Shown in pieces: positions 1-7,977 of a stretch of 25,410 nt of DNA (the first letter of the stretch is position 1; each line of letters starts with the position of its first letter). The translations under genes were made by a program, and so were the position numbers. This DNA is from a virus, in UHGV virus genome UHGV-0121369; one strand, given 5' to 3'. The notes under the pieces were generated by a model. It did no database searches. It was not told where the DNA came from and saw only the letters and a program-made list of their open reading frames with translations.

Positions 1-3
1 CTT

Positions 4-42
4 TGTGTACACTTTTGTGTACCCAAAAACAAAAATGTGTAC
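4..42. repeat. Three direct copies of TGTGTAC (about 4-10, 16-22, 36-42) just upstream of and overlapping the integrase start
   Basis: Read directly: tttGTGTACactttTGTGTACCCaaaaacaaaaaTGTGTACCCa. Possible integrase arm-type sites or att-proximal repeats; function inferred only. Confidence 0.3.
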
Positions 43-49
43 CCATTCA

Positions 50-1243
50 ATGATCACCGACACAAAGCTCAGGAAGGCGCTCGGCAAGAAAAGAGATGAT
101 ATCGAGATTATTTCTGATTCGCACGGGCTCAACGCCAGAATCAGCCAGGCCGGAAAAATATCATTTTTCTATCGGTATCGCTGGGCCGGTAAAGCGGTAA
201 AACTCAATGTTGGTGATTATCCTGCAATGAGTATCACCCAGGCAAGAGAGCGTCGCCAACAATTCAGAAACTGGTTAACTGAGGGACTGGATCCGCGAGA
301 GCAGGTGAAGCTGGATAAGCAGACCCGACAGGAAGCGATGTCCGTTGCCGAAGCGTTCAATTACTGGATTGAAAGGCACTGTATCGCTAACGGGCTAGTT
401 AAAGTCGATTACTATCGCCAGGTGTTTGAGAAACATATCGCCGAACCGATGAAGAATGTCAAAGTCGATAACACAGCGAAAATGCACTGGATCAACGTCT
501 TCGATTCTATAGAAAGCAGGGTGATGGCTCATTACATGCTTTCGCTGTGCAAACGGGCGTTTAGGTTCTGCGTTAACAGAAGTGTGATCGCCTCAAACCC
601 ACTCGAGGGATTACTGCCATCTGATGTCGGGCAAAAGCCTAAAAAGAGAACTCGCAGGATGGACGATGACGATCTGCGCAAAATCTATCAGTGGTTGAAA
701 AGCCATATGTCGATAGAGTCCGTTTTCCTGGTGAAATTTATTATGCTTACCGGATGCCGTACGGCTGAGATTCGACTTAGTGAGAGATCATGGTTTCGAT
801 TGGATGATAATGAGTGGGTCGTGCCTGCGGGCAGTTATAAAACTCGGGTACATATTAGAAGGGGACTCTCAGACGCCGCCGTTAACCTGGTCAGAAATCA
901 CCTCAAGAAAATAAACACCAATCACCTGGTGACTTCACAACGTAAAATTGATGGCGGGATCAAAGATTCGCCCGTTCATTCACCTGTGGCATCCAATTAC
1001 GCCCGTTCTATTTGGAATGGAACAGGTATGGCAGAGTGGTCGCTTCATGATATGAGGCGGACGATAGCCACAAATCTCTCTGAGTTAGGTTGCCCGCCGC
1101 ACGTAATTGAAAAGCTGCTCGGGCATCAGATGGTGGGGGTTATGGCGCATTACAACCTTCATGACTATATCGATGATCAGAAACACTGGCTCCGCGTTTG
1201 GCAGAGCCATCTTGAAGAGATCATCGGAGAGCCCTTCAGTTAA
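50..1243 (+). CDS. int: P4-type tyrosine integrase
   Basis: N-terminal arm-binding-like region ([10 protein letters not shown]..., [31 protein letters not shown]) and C-terminal catalytic region ([29 protein letters not shown]). The ORF frame is open from 5 (GTG); ATG at 35 or 50 is the more likely start; no clear SD. Confidence 0.85.
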
Positions 1244-1482
1244 TTTATCTTCTTTTTATCCTCCCACTCTTTGATTGACTCAGAGCGCCAGCGGTTAGGG
1301 TTGCCGGGCCAGTCAGGGGGTGGGAACGGGCATACGAAGCCCCGAGGCATTGTGTCTGCACTTTGCCATGACCAAAGGGTTTTGCGTGAAATTTTGTAGC
1401 GACTGGTCAGGTCTGACGTTACCAAAATATCATCCATAGCTCTCTCCAGTTGCCCGTTCGGGCCATTCAAAATCTTTTTCAA
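1240..1482 (-). CDS. xis: Excisionase-like small DNA-binding protein (Xis/AlpA-type)
   Basis: 80 aa; [21 protein letters not shown] resembles the excisionase/AlpA helix-turn-helix, with a Trp-rich tail; 3' end overlaps the int stop; start overlaps the next gene stop (coupled). Confidence 0.55.
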
Positions 1483-1724
1483 CCAACCTGCCCGGGCAGG
1501 GAGCGGAGACGGCGCATGCCGGTCATCGCTGTGGCCACGTAGCTCGCCTTTCGGTTCACCACCTCCACCCAGACTTTCACGCCTTCAACCTTCACCGTAT
1601 AAGTCTCTTTCATCTTGCTTCGCCCATAGTCGCCATATGTTTGCAAGTGAGCCGCCAGCGCAACATCGCAAGCGCGGCGACCAATAGGTGATTGCTTACT
1701 GCGATTAATCAGCTTCATCATCAC
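1479..1724 (-). CDS. Hypothetical phage protein
   Basis: 81-aa ORF in the early-left operon, 4-nt overlap with the xis start; no recognisable motif. Confidence 0.45.
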   Translation of the reverse strand: MMMKLINRSKQSPIGRRACDVALAAHLQTYGDYGRSKMKETYTVKVEGVKVWVEVVNRKASYVATAMTGMRRLRSLPGQVG

Positions 1725-1826
1725 TGCACTCCCAAAGTGGCTACGACATCACTCGCTGTTTCGCGGGTACTGCCTTTGCTGGATATAGCCCGGTGCTCCC
1801 TGGCCTGCGGTAAAATGGTGTGCGTT

Positions 1827-2507
1827 TCATTTCCACTGCTCCCCGAACGTGAATCCGATCTCCGCCAGCGCCTCGTCCATCTTCTCGATGAACTCCGGCA
1901 CCATTTCGTTGAAATCGGTCATGTACTGCGGATCCCGTTCAACAACGACATGGTGAATGCCTTCGCGTTTCATGCGCGGGTCGTAGTTGGCAAAGAACCA
2001 GGCGTCTTTTCCGGTTACCCACATGCTGTACTGCACCTGGGCCATGTACTCGGACTTAATGGCTTCGAAACCGCCGAGGCGGAATTTCATAAAGTCGCGG
2101 GAGGTGAACGGGCATTTCAATTCGAGGCCGAAATCGTTACTGCAAAGGCCGTCAGGGGAGCATGCAGTGCGCATGCTCTCGTCACGGAACAGGATCGGAG
2201 ACTCCGTGACTTTCACGTCAGTAGTGAACTCGAAGAGGGTGCGGGCGTCTTCCTCGTACTGCTTGCCCCAGGCCAGAGCCTTGGCGTTAACCTCTGGCGC
2301 GACGCCGGTGCATACCTCGGCGAGTAGGGTGTGGAAGTAGGACATCTTCATGCCCGTCCATTTGGTGCCGGAGCGCGGCTTGGAAATGACGTTGTGCACT
2401 TCAGAGGCGGTGATTACGCCGAGGCGCAGCCGGTGCCACGCCTCATCGCCCTGTTGGATAGTGGTTACATCGATGCCGGTCCTGGCAAGGATAATTTCTG
2501 GTGTCAT
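1827..2507 (-). CDS. exo: Lambda-type 5'-3' exonuclease (Red-alpha / Exo)
   Basis: 226 aa, near-identical along its length to lambda Exo as I recall it ([14 protein letters not shown]..., [53 protein letters not shown], ...GEQWK); ATGA overlap with the upstream annealase gene. Confidence 0.93.
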   Translation of the reverse strand: MTPEIILARTGIDVTTIQQGDEAWHRLRLGVITASEVHNVISKPRSGTKWTGMKMSYFHTLLAEVCTGVAPEVNAKALAWGKQYEEDARTLFEFTTDVKVTESPILFRDESMRTACSPDGLCSNDFGLELKCPFTSRDFMKFRLGGFEAIKSEYMAQVQYSMWVTGKDAWFFANYDPRMKREGIHHVVVERDPQYMTDFNEMVPEFIEKMDEALAEIGFTFGEQWK

Positions 2508-3421
2508 GCTGCCGCCTTCTGTCTGAGGAACCCGAGAGCCTTAACACCTTCCGGCTCTGTTAGGTCGGCAGGCTGCGTGATAGGGCGTTTGAAAATGCGT
2601 GAGCAGAGAGGGAGAAGATCGGCGTCCCATGTCTTATCCAGAGAAATGAGCAGGTCGTTAATCTCTTTCTGCGTGGTTTCGCTAAGCGGCGTTATATCTC
2701 GCTCTGGCTGCCGTTCTGCAGCAAAGTTGATACCTTCTTCACCCTCGGTGTTAACGTGGTCGATAGCGGCATCCAGGCGTTCACGGCGCGGCCAGTATTT
2801 TGCTGCCTGCTTCACGACCGTCTTGAGGATCATCTGCTCTTCATCTGTTACCCATGGGCACTTCTTACTGTTGTCAGATTTGTACTTCTTCCATGCTTCA
2901 GACCGGTCACGGATGGAGTGGATGGCATCGATGCGCATCGTATGGGTGAGGTAATCACCATCGTCAGTTTTTACCGTTACATACGCGCCTACGATGTCCC
3001 CGCGCTGCTCTTCAGTATCGAAGTCGTTGTAGATGTGGATCGGCGGCTTATCGAGCCCCTCGCGGCGGAACTGGTCGTTTCTGCGAACAATTGCCGACTG
3101 ACACCACTTAATGGCGCCAGACTGCTGCGCGATGTGCATCAGGCCCATGTAACTGATGTCGAGGCAAATAGCCCCTTTACGCGGAACCAGGTAAGCCAGC
3201 TTCTGAGCTGGGTTTAGCGAAATACCGATAGCCGCAACGTTGATGATTGCGTTCTGCGTGCTGGTCTGGTTCTGGAATGCAACTTTGGCGAGATAGTCGT
3301 TGTTCTGAAATAACTGGATGGCGAACTGGCTTTCTTTCGCCCACACCATCCGCTCGTCAGTGGCCGCCTTAATGAAAAGCGGCTCCTGTTGTTTGACGAA
3401 ATCAACAAGGGTTAAGCTCAT
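2504..3421 (-). CDS. Single-strand annealing protein, RecT-family core with lambda-Bet-like C-terminal tail
   Basis: 305 aa. N-terminal about 230 aa has RecT-family motifs ([64 protein letters not shown]). C-terminal about 75 aa ([44 protein letters not shown]...[14 protein letters not shown]) closely matches the lambda Bet C-terminus as recalled. SD aaggaggga before the ATG. Confidence 0.85.
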   Translation of the reverse strand: MSLTLVDFVKQQEPLFIKAATDERMVWAKESQFAIQLFQNNDYLAKVAFQNQTSTQNAIINVAAIGISLNPAQKLAYLVPRKGAICLDISYMGLMHIAQQSGAIKWCQSAIVRRNDQFRREGLDKPPIHIYNDFDTEEQRGDIVGAYVTVKTDDGDYLTHTMRIDAIHSIRDRSEAWKKYKSDNSKKCPWVTDEEQMILKTVVKQAAKYWPRRERLDAAIDHVNTEGEEGINFAAERQPERDITPLSETTQKEINDLLISLDKTWDADLLPLCSRIFKRPITQPADLTEPEGVKALGFLRQKAAA

Positions 3422-3430
3422 AGTCCCTCC

Positions 3431-3712
3431 TTAAAATGGGCAGGTTGGATGAAGGCGATCCCACTCTTCTTCGGCGCGGTCGTAACAGATTCGTGTGACA
3501 TAGTCGTTATAGGCTTCCTCTGCCTTTTCACCGACTAGTGCCATTTGCGCTTCTTTTGGAAGAAACAGGCTACTCATTTGCAGAGCATATTTCGGGAACA
3601 TGGCGATCAGTTCTTTCGCTCGGTCGTCGATCCACTTCTCTTTCTCGTCGGTGAGTTGCTGTTCAACCCAGCGCCGATCTTCGATGCGGTCGTAAGTGAG
3701 GAATGCGTTCAT
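3431..3712 (-). CDS. Hypothetical phage protein
   Basis: 93-aa acidic ORF immediately upstream of the annealase in the same operon; no recognised family (not lambda Gam by eye). Confidence 0.5.
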   Translation of the reverse strand: MNAFLTYDRIEDRRWVEQQLTDEKEKWIDDRAKELIAMFPKYALQMSSLFLPKEAQMALVGEKAEEAYNDYVTRICYDRAEEEWDRLHPTCPF

Positions 3713-3719
3713 GGTTGCC

Positions 3720-4811
3720 TCAGTAATGAATTTTCGCGCAGGGGATCAGGTCATCTTTCAGTGCGGTGAGCACTTCGATAGCCTGTTCGCGGGTTAAACT
3801 GGTGTGGCTGGTGAGCGCGTTAACGATGTTGGTGCCGACCGTCTTGCGGTGCTTCACGTCAGCTTCGCGCTTTGCCTGCTCTTCGGCTTTGCGCTTCTCT
3901 TCGGCCAAGCGATTTTTTTCTTTTGCTTCAGCCTCGCGAAGAATGCGGTCATTCTCTTCTTGCTGCTTTTGAATAGCCTCAGCGTTAATTAGGAGTTGTT
4001 TGATCTGCGCAATTGCTTGCTGCTTGGCATTTTCAGCTGCACCCATCAATGAGCCAAAGCGCCCATCGATAGGCCACGCCTCAGCTTCAGCAAGCGTTTC
4101 TTTAATGCACTGGATTGTTCCACCCTGGCGAACACCTAAACGACCCGACTGAGCGATGATCACCTGCTGCTGAATTCCGCTGATCTCACTAAGTGCATCC
4201 TGGTGCTGCTGGCGTTCACGGTTGGCTTTTTCTTCAGCATCACGAGTGGCTTTTTCAGCGGCTTCTCGCTGGATCTTTTCATCACGTTCACGCTGAGCCT
4301 GTTCCTCCAGGCGGCGCCGCTCTTCGCGGTCGCGGTCGAAATCCTTATTCATCAGCAGAGCCATTTCGTGGTCCGCTTCGAACTTGTCCGCCAACTCCTG
4401 ATCTAACTTGATGTTCATTTCCAGCGCTTCGGCGTGCAGTGCGTTCATGGCTTCTTCAGCCTTAATGCGTTCCTGCTCGGCTTCCCATTCGGTGAGTGGG
4501 CGGCGGGTCGCATCGCGCAGCTCGTCACATGCATCAACGAACCGCTTAATTTCAGCCTCGGCAGGGCGTACAGCCTCTTTCAGGCGCTTCAGGTACTCAC
4601 GGCCCGGCTTTTCAATCGCCGTCTTACTGCGGGATACCTGCGCCGCCAGAGAGGCGACACGGTCACGGCCTTTCTTCGTAGAAAGGTCAGGCACTTCGTT
4701 TACTGCCTGGCGGATCTGCTCAAGGAAAGCGTCAAGGCCACCGGCGATATATAGTGCTGGTGCCTGATCTGGCTTGATTTCGATGACAGTTAAGTCCGTT
4801 ACTTCGCTCAT
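3720..4811 (-). CDS. Charged coiled-coil protein of unknown function
   Basis: Open frame 3720..4925; a strong SD (AGGAGAAACC) precedes the internal ATG at 4811 (MSEVTDLTVIEIK...), which I take as the start. Long E/K/R/A-rich central region (RERDEKIQREAAEKATRDAEEKANRERQQHQ...). Confidence 0.6.
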   Translation of the reverse strand: MSEVTDLTVIEIKPDQAPALYIAGGLDAFLEQIRQAVNEVPDLSTKKGRDRVASLAAQVSRSKTAIEKPGREYLKRLKEAVRPAEAEIKRFVDACDELRDATRRPLTEWEAEQERIKAEEAMNALHAEALEMNIKLDQELADKFEADHEMALLMNKDFDRDREERRRLEEQAQRERDEKIQREAAEKATRDAEEKANRERQQHQDALSEISGIQQQVIIAQSGRLGVRQGGTIQCIKETLAEAEAWPIDGRFGSLMGAAENAKQQAIAQIKQLLINAEAIQKQQEENDRILREAEAKEKNRLAEEKRKAEEQAKREADVKHRKTVGTNIVNALTSHTSLTREQAIEVLTALKDDLIPCAKIHY

Positions 4812-4881
4812 GGTTTCTCCTGAAATTTGGATGTGCAGATCACGCCCGCGTAATGCCAGGCCGAACGGTTGAATAGGGTGG

Positions 4882-5091
4882 TTAGTGCTGGATAGGGTTG
4901 CCGTGACCGTCAAGAAGGACGTCAATCACGCAGTCACTGAGTCGGATTATTTCTGCGTCAGTGTGCAGGTATACCCATTTGCGCTCCTGAATGACTGCTG
5001 AGACGCGATATGTGCGGCCTTCATGCAATGCCATCATGCCGGGCGTGACGCACTGGCGAATGAGCGGGGTGGTGCCGTAGTGGTTGATCAT
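4882..5091 (-). CDS. Hypothetical small phage protein
   Basis: 69-aa ORF; its ATG overlaps the stop of the upstream small ORF (ATGA). Confidence 0.45.
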   Translation of the reverse strand: MINHYGTTPLIRQCVTPGMMALHEGRTYRVSAVIQERKWVYLHTDAEIIRLSDCVIDVLLDGHGNPIQH

Positions 5092-5246
5092 GCCTTCACC
5101 TCAACCTGTTCCAGGAGGCCAGCCAGCTTCATATGCCAGCGGTTCATCGTCAGCTTTTCACGCGGGTTAGATACCGACGTCAGCTGCCACTCGTTATCGT
5201 TGAGCTTTTTGGCGGTGTACTGCTTGCCATTGTGGGTGACTGTCAT
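5088..5246 (-). CDS. Small hypothetical protein (52 aa), not in the supplied ORF track
   Basis: Hand-translated: MTVTHNGKQYTAKKLNDNEWQLTSVSNPREKLTMNRWHMKLAGLLEQVEVKA; preceded by GGAGGAA; exactly fills the gap between two flanking ORFs with ATGA overlaps at both ends. Confidence 0.4.
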   Translation of the reverse strand: MTVTHNGKQYTAKKLNDNEWQLTSVSNPREKLTMNRWHMKLAGLLEQVEVKA

Positions 5247-5482
5247 GATTCCTCCCGGGCGCGGAGCATTGCGTCAGCTATCTGGTATGCTTCGGTTGCC
5301 GTGCGGTCATCGCTACACAACCAGTCAGGATTAGCTAGTCGACCCTGCATAGCCTTAGCCGCGAAGTAATCGCGCAGCGTCATGCCGCCTGAGCTGACTT
5401 CAAAACCATGTAAGTGACCAACTTCGTCGCGCTCCACGATAGAATCACACGGGAAAGCGCGCCCTCCAGTTTTGTTGCTCAT
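5243..5482 (-). CDS. Hypothetical small phage protein
   Basis: 79-aa ORF in the early-left operon; no recognised motif. Confidence 0.45.
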   Translation of the reverse strand: MSNKTGGRAFPCDSIVERDEVGHLHGFEVSSGGMTLRDYFAAKAMQGRLANPDWLCSDDRTATEAYQIADAMLRAREES

Positions 5483-5610
5483 AAATCCTCTTGGCCTTAT
5501 CGCGGCGAACGGAACGGTTAATACAAGACTTCAACGCATTTATTCAGTGTTTCAATGGGCGGTGGATGGCCGCCGGTTGTCATAACTTGAGCCACTCGTA
5601 AATGACTCCA

Positions 5611-5638
5611 GGTATGAAAAAGCCGCTGGTTAGGCGGC
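5611..5638 (-). terminator. Intrinsic terminator-like hairpin immediately after the first early-left gene (tL1-like position)
   Basis: On the minus strand: stem AGCCGCC/GCGGCT followed by UUUUU, starting at the stop codon of the 5638..5934 ORF. Confidence 0.45.
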
Positions 5639-5934
5639 TATTGAGGTTCGCGCGGCTTGTGGTCGAATCGGTGCCACCCGTCAGTTAATTCAAATGGAGC
5701 ATAACTTTCCCGGCGCTCAGCGAACCCAAGCTCAACAGACAGAGCGTGCAGCTCATGCCGACGCTTAATCTGTTCCATCGCAATCCAGTCAGCATCGGCA
5801 TTGCGCTTTTGAGCTTGCTTCGGCGACAGGTCTAAACTGTTTATTTCACTTAGTTTCTGCTGACGCTTGATGTCCTGTTTCATATTGCGAAGCGCATTTA
5901 TCATTGAGTCGATGCGCTTGATGTCGTCGATCAT
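5638..5934 (-). CDS. Hypothetical protein, first gene of the early-left operon (occupies the N position but is not N-like by eye)
   Basis: 98 aa, SD gagggtaagggg before ATG; no N-terminal arginine-rich motif of N-family antiterminators; followed by a terminator-like hairpin. Confidence 0.55.
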   Translation of the reverse strand: MIDDIKRIDSMINALRNMKQDIKRQQKLSEINSLDLSPKQAQKRNADADWIAMEQIKRRHELHALSVELGFAERRESYAPFELTDGWHRFDHKPREPQ

Positions 5935-6137
5935 CCCCTTACCCTCTATCGTTACCCGCTGATGCGGGAGAAATGCTTTGGTGGTGAAGGCCGGACGTTA
6001 CCCCGGCGATGTGTTCCGGTCCGCTCGTTCGCGCTTCCGTGGGCCACCTTGCTACCCAACCCCGTGATTCAGTGTGTACGGTTCGCCACTTTGCGTGTCA
6101 CCGATTTCCCACGCCGCTTCACCCCAAAGCACTTCGC

Positions 6138-6240
6138 CACAACGAAAAGAGCACTACCGCGTTTTGCCATTCCATCCTGGCTTTTGGTACTGCAATGGCT
6201 GCGAGATTATTTTTTGCATGCCAGCGCTCTTTTCGTTGTG
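6138..6240. repeat. 15-bp perfect inverted repeat (CACAACGAAAAGAGC ... GCTCTTTTCGTTGTG) separated by about 75 bp inside the ORF-free early-left leader
   Basis: Read directly from the sequence; predicts a long-range RNA stem in the leftward transcript. Confidence 0.6.
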
Positions 6241-6590
6241 AGCCGTCTCTCCGGCTGTCACCCTTGGCGTTTCATCCAGTTGCAGGCCGTAGCCACTTAC
6301 CAGACGGACGCCACTCGAACTTCGTGTTGCGGGTTACACCTGTACTACGCGTCGAGTCCGCGCCCCGCAGTTAGCCTCTCATACGGGGAAAGCTGTGTTA
6401 TTGGCAGTAGGTTGCCAGCCGGGCAGCTAAGATTTGTTCATTAAGCGCCAACTCCCTGCCAGTGTTGCCCGTTCTCACGCCGTTATCGCTCTCGCGCGGG
6501 GATACTCTCTCACCGACCGGATCGCACACGGTGATACAGCACGTTTTCGTGTAGGGGTCTTAACAGGTCATTGACGCTGTAAATCTGCAT

Positions 6591-6622
6591 GTTGTTAAAA
6601 AGCAGGCGACTTACTGTCCGCC
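6591..6622 (-). terminator. Hairpin plus U-run about 40-60 nt downstream of the predicted pL start (attenuator-like)
   Basis: Minus strand reads GGCGGAC-agtaa-GTCGCC then UGCUUUUUAACAAC. Confidence 0.35.
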
Positions 6623-6662
6623 GCTGGCTAACTTCGCTCAGCTGTCGATGTTTCGTTTCGAT

Positions 6663-6711
6663 GAGCTGATTATTAACTAATGGTTATTTTCAGTCAATAA
6701 CCATTGGTTAA
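6663..6711 (-). promoter_or_regulatory. Predicted early-left promoter pL with two operator-like palindromes (oL)
   Basis: Minus strand: TTGACT - 17 nt - AATAAT. Overlapping inverted repeats TTAAC-N5-GTTA(T) (about 6673-6687) and TAAC-N5-GTTAA (about 6698-6711) match the palindrome type seen between cI and cro. Confidence 0.5.
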
Positions 6712-6815
6712 TTATTTTGCCATTGGTTATTAAGGTTATGATTTATTGGTTAATTTAGTTCTGTTATGGATTTGTGCAGTACGTGCTATGCTGCAAAAAA
6801 CATCAGGAGGTAGCT

Positions 6816-7034
6816 ATGGAACGAGATGAACGTGCAGATGAACGAATGGCCTTCATGGCTGGAGAGGTTGGGTGCGTAGTGTTCGAGCTGGTTTATAACG
6901 GAATTGAAATCAATAAGGACAACATTGTGGGATTTCTGGAAGGGAAGCGCAAAGCCGTAGGAAACGTGATCCATAAGGGGATGCTACGGGATGCAGCTGA
7001 GATAGTCAGGAAGGGTAGTAAAGCTGTGAAGTAG
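6816..7034 (+). CDS. Small basic protein of unknown function (72 aa), convergent with the cI-linked accessory gene
   Basis: Strong SD caggaggt 6 nt before ATG at 6816 (track ORF begins at an upstream GTG, 6774); MERDERADERMAFMAGEVGCVVFELVYNGIEINKDNIVGFLEGKRKAVGNVIHKGMLRDAAEIVRKGSKAVK. Confidence 0.5.
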   Translation: MERDERADERMAFMAGEVGCVVFELVYNGIEINKDNIVGFLEGKRKAVGNVIHKGMLRDAAEIVRKGSKAVK

Positions 7035-7036
7035 GC

Positions 7037-7066
7037 ACAAAAAACCCGGCGCGGTGGCCGGTTGTT
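7037..7066 (-). terminator. Rho-independent terminator (strong on minus strand, weak on plus) between convergent genes
   Basis: AAAAAA-CCGGC-gcggtg-GCCGG-TTGTT; on the minus strand the GC stem is followed by UUUUUUG, directly after the stop of the 289-aa gene. Confidence 0.6.
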
Positions 7067-7934
7067 AAAGCTCAATATCAACTATGAAAAGTTTACTAAT
7101 AGCCCCTTTTCTAACTGCTGCTTTGGCAGTTACTTTTACCGCTGACTCATGACTTAGACCCGTTGACAGAAAACGACTAAGTGAAATGAGATACGGGTTG
7201 TCTGCCTTTGAAGCAGATGGATCGCTTATTTGTGCTGAGATGCGCTTATCTGAATCATCACCTTCTATAATGACTTTAGCGGTCATTCGGTGAGCGTCGA
7301 ATTCAGTAAGGAAGATTCGATACTCCCTTAAGCCAAGAACTTCGTCGTCGTCCAACTGGTCTATTACTGCTTTATCTTGCTCATCAATTACAGCAGGCTT
7401 GAAACCATTCCCCGGTGTGACGCTTATCTTATTACAGGTGGTACCGATGGGGGAAACTGCCTGTCTAACTGATGGGCGTAACTCACTAGCCATCTTGTCA
7501 ATCACTGAGATTAGACCTGAGATGGTATCTTTATCTTTATTTCCGAGGGCCTCAATTGCCTTCTCAAGTGCTTCTTTTAGGTATTTCATTTCCTCTTTCT
7601 TCTGCGAGTTTTTAGCGAAGATATAAGGCACTAATGCGCCAAGTATAGCCCCCGCAGACCCTGAGAACAATTGAGACTGACTGATAAAATTCATGATAGT
7701 ATCAAGAGAAAAACAATTGGCCCTAGCTTCGGTAGCGTAAATTTTAACCTCTTGAGTTGAGGTGCTTCGCGAGTACTTTTGGGTTAATGCGAAGGTTCCA
7801 GCTGTAGCTAATATCTTCGAAAATCCCTTTAGCGATTCACCGAGCGAAGAAAGTTCAATCTCATGCTTTTCAGCATCCAAACCGTCATATCTAAGTGAAA
7901 AATTAACATCGTGTAAGCCAGTGTTTTCCATCAA
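7065..7934 (-). CDS. Unknown 289-aa protein in the cI-adjacent slot; candidate lysogen-expressed exclusion/defence protein
   Basis: Starts 43 bp downstream of the cI stop on the same strand with no intervening terminator; visibly AT-rich relative to neighbours; one hydrophobic stretch ([18 protein letters not shown]); does not match RexA/RexB as I recall them; function is inference from position. Confidence 0.65.
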   Translation of the reverse strand: MMENTGLHDVNFSLRYDGLDAEKHEIELSSLGESLKGFSKILATAGTFALTQKYSRSTSTQEVKIYATEARANCFSLDTIMNFISQSQLFSGSAGAILGALVPYIFAKNSQKKEEMKYLKEALEKAIEALGNKDKDTISGLISVIDKMASELRPSVRQAVSPIGTTCNKISVTPGNGFKPAVIDEQDKAVIDQLDDDEVLGLREYRIFLTEFDAHRMTAKVIIEGDDSDKRISAQISDPSASKADNPYLISLSRFLSTGLSHESAVKVTAKAAVRKGAISKLFIVDIEL

Positions 7935-7977
7935 CAGTCCTTATATGCTTTCACCAAAACGTCTCATCAGGCCACCG

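Noticed and set aside
1692-3408. Several antisense or alternative-frame ORFs over exo/recT (1692..2327, 1987..2340, 2331..2954, 2756..3217, 3214..3408)
   Set aside because: Fully embedded in or antisense to the well-supported Exo and annealase genes; compositionally biased translations.
3766-4767. Plus-strand ORFs antisense to the coiled-coil gene (3766..3972, 3804..3992, 4193..4411, 4203..4406, 4408..4767, 4434..4754)
   Set aside because: Low-complexity translations mirroring the charged repeats of the minus-strand gene; no start signals.
5962-6444. Plus-strand ORFs of 160 aa and 121 aa (5962..6444, 6009..6374) inside the early-left leader
   Set aside because: Translations are R/C/W/P-rich low-complexity strings without SD or plausible start context; they lie antisense to the direction of the predicted pL transcript; treated as chance frames in GC-rich non-coding DNA.
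7065-7934. Possibility that the 289-aa cI-linked protein is RexA
   Set aside because: Similar length and position, but the sequence does not resemble lambda RexA as I recall it and there is no RexB-like multi-pass membrane partner; kept as an unknown protein.
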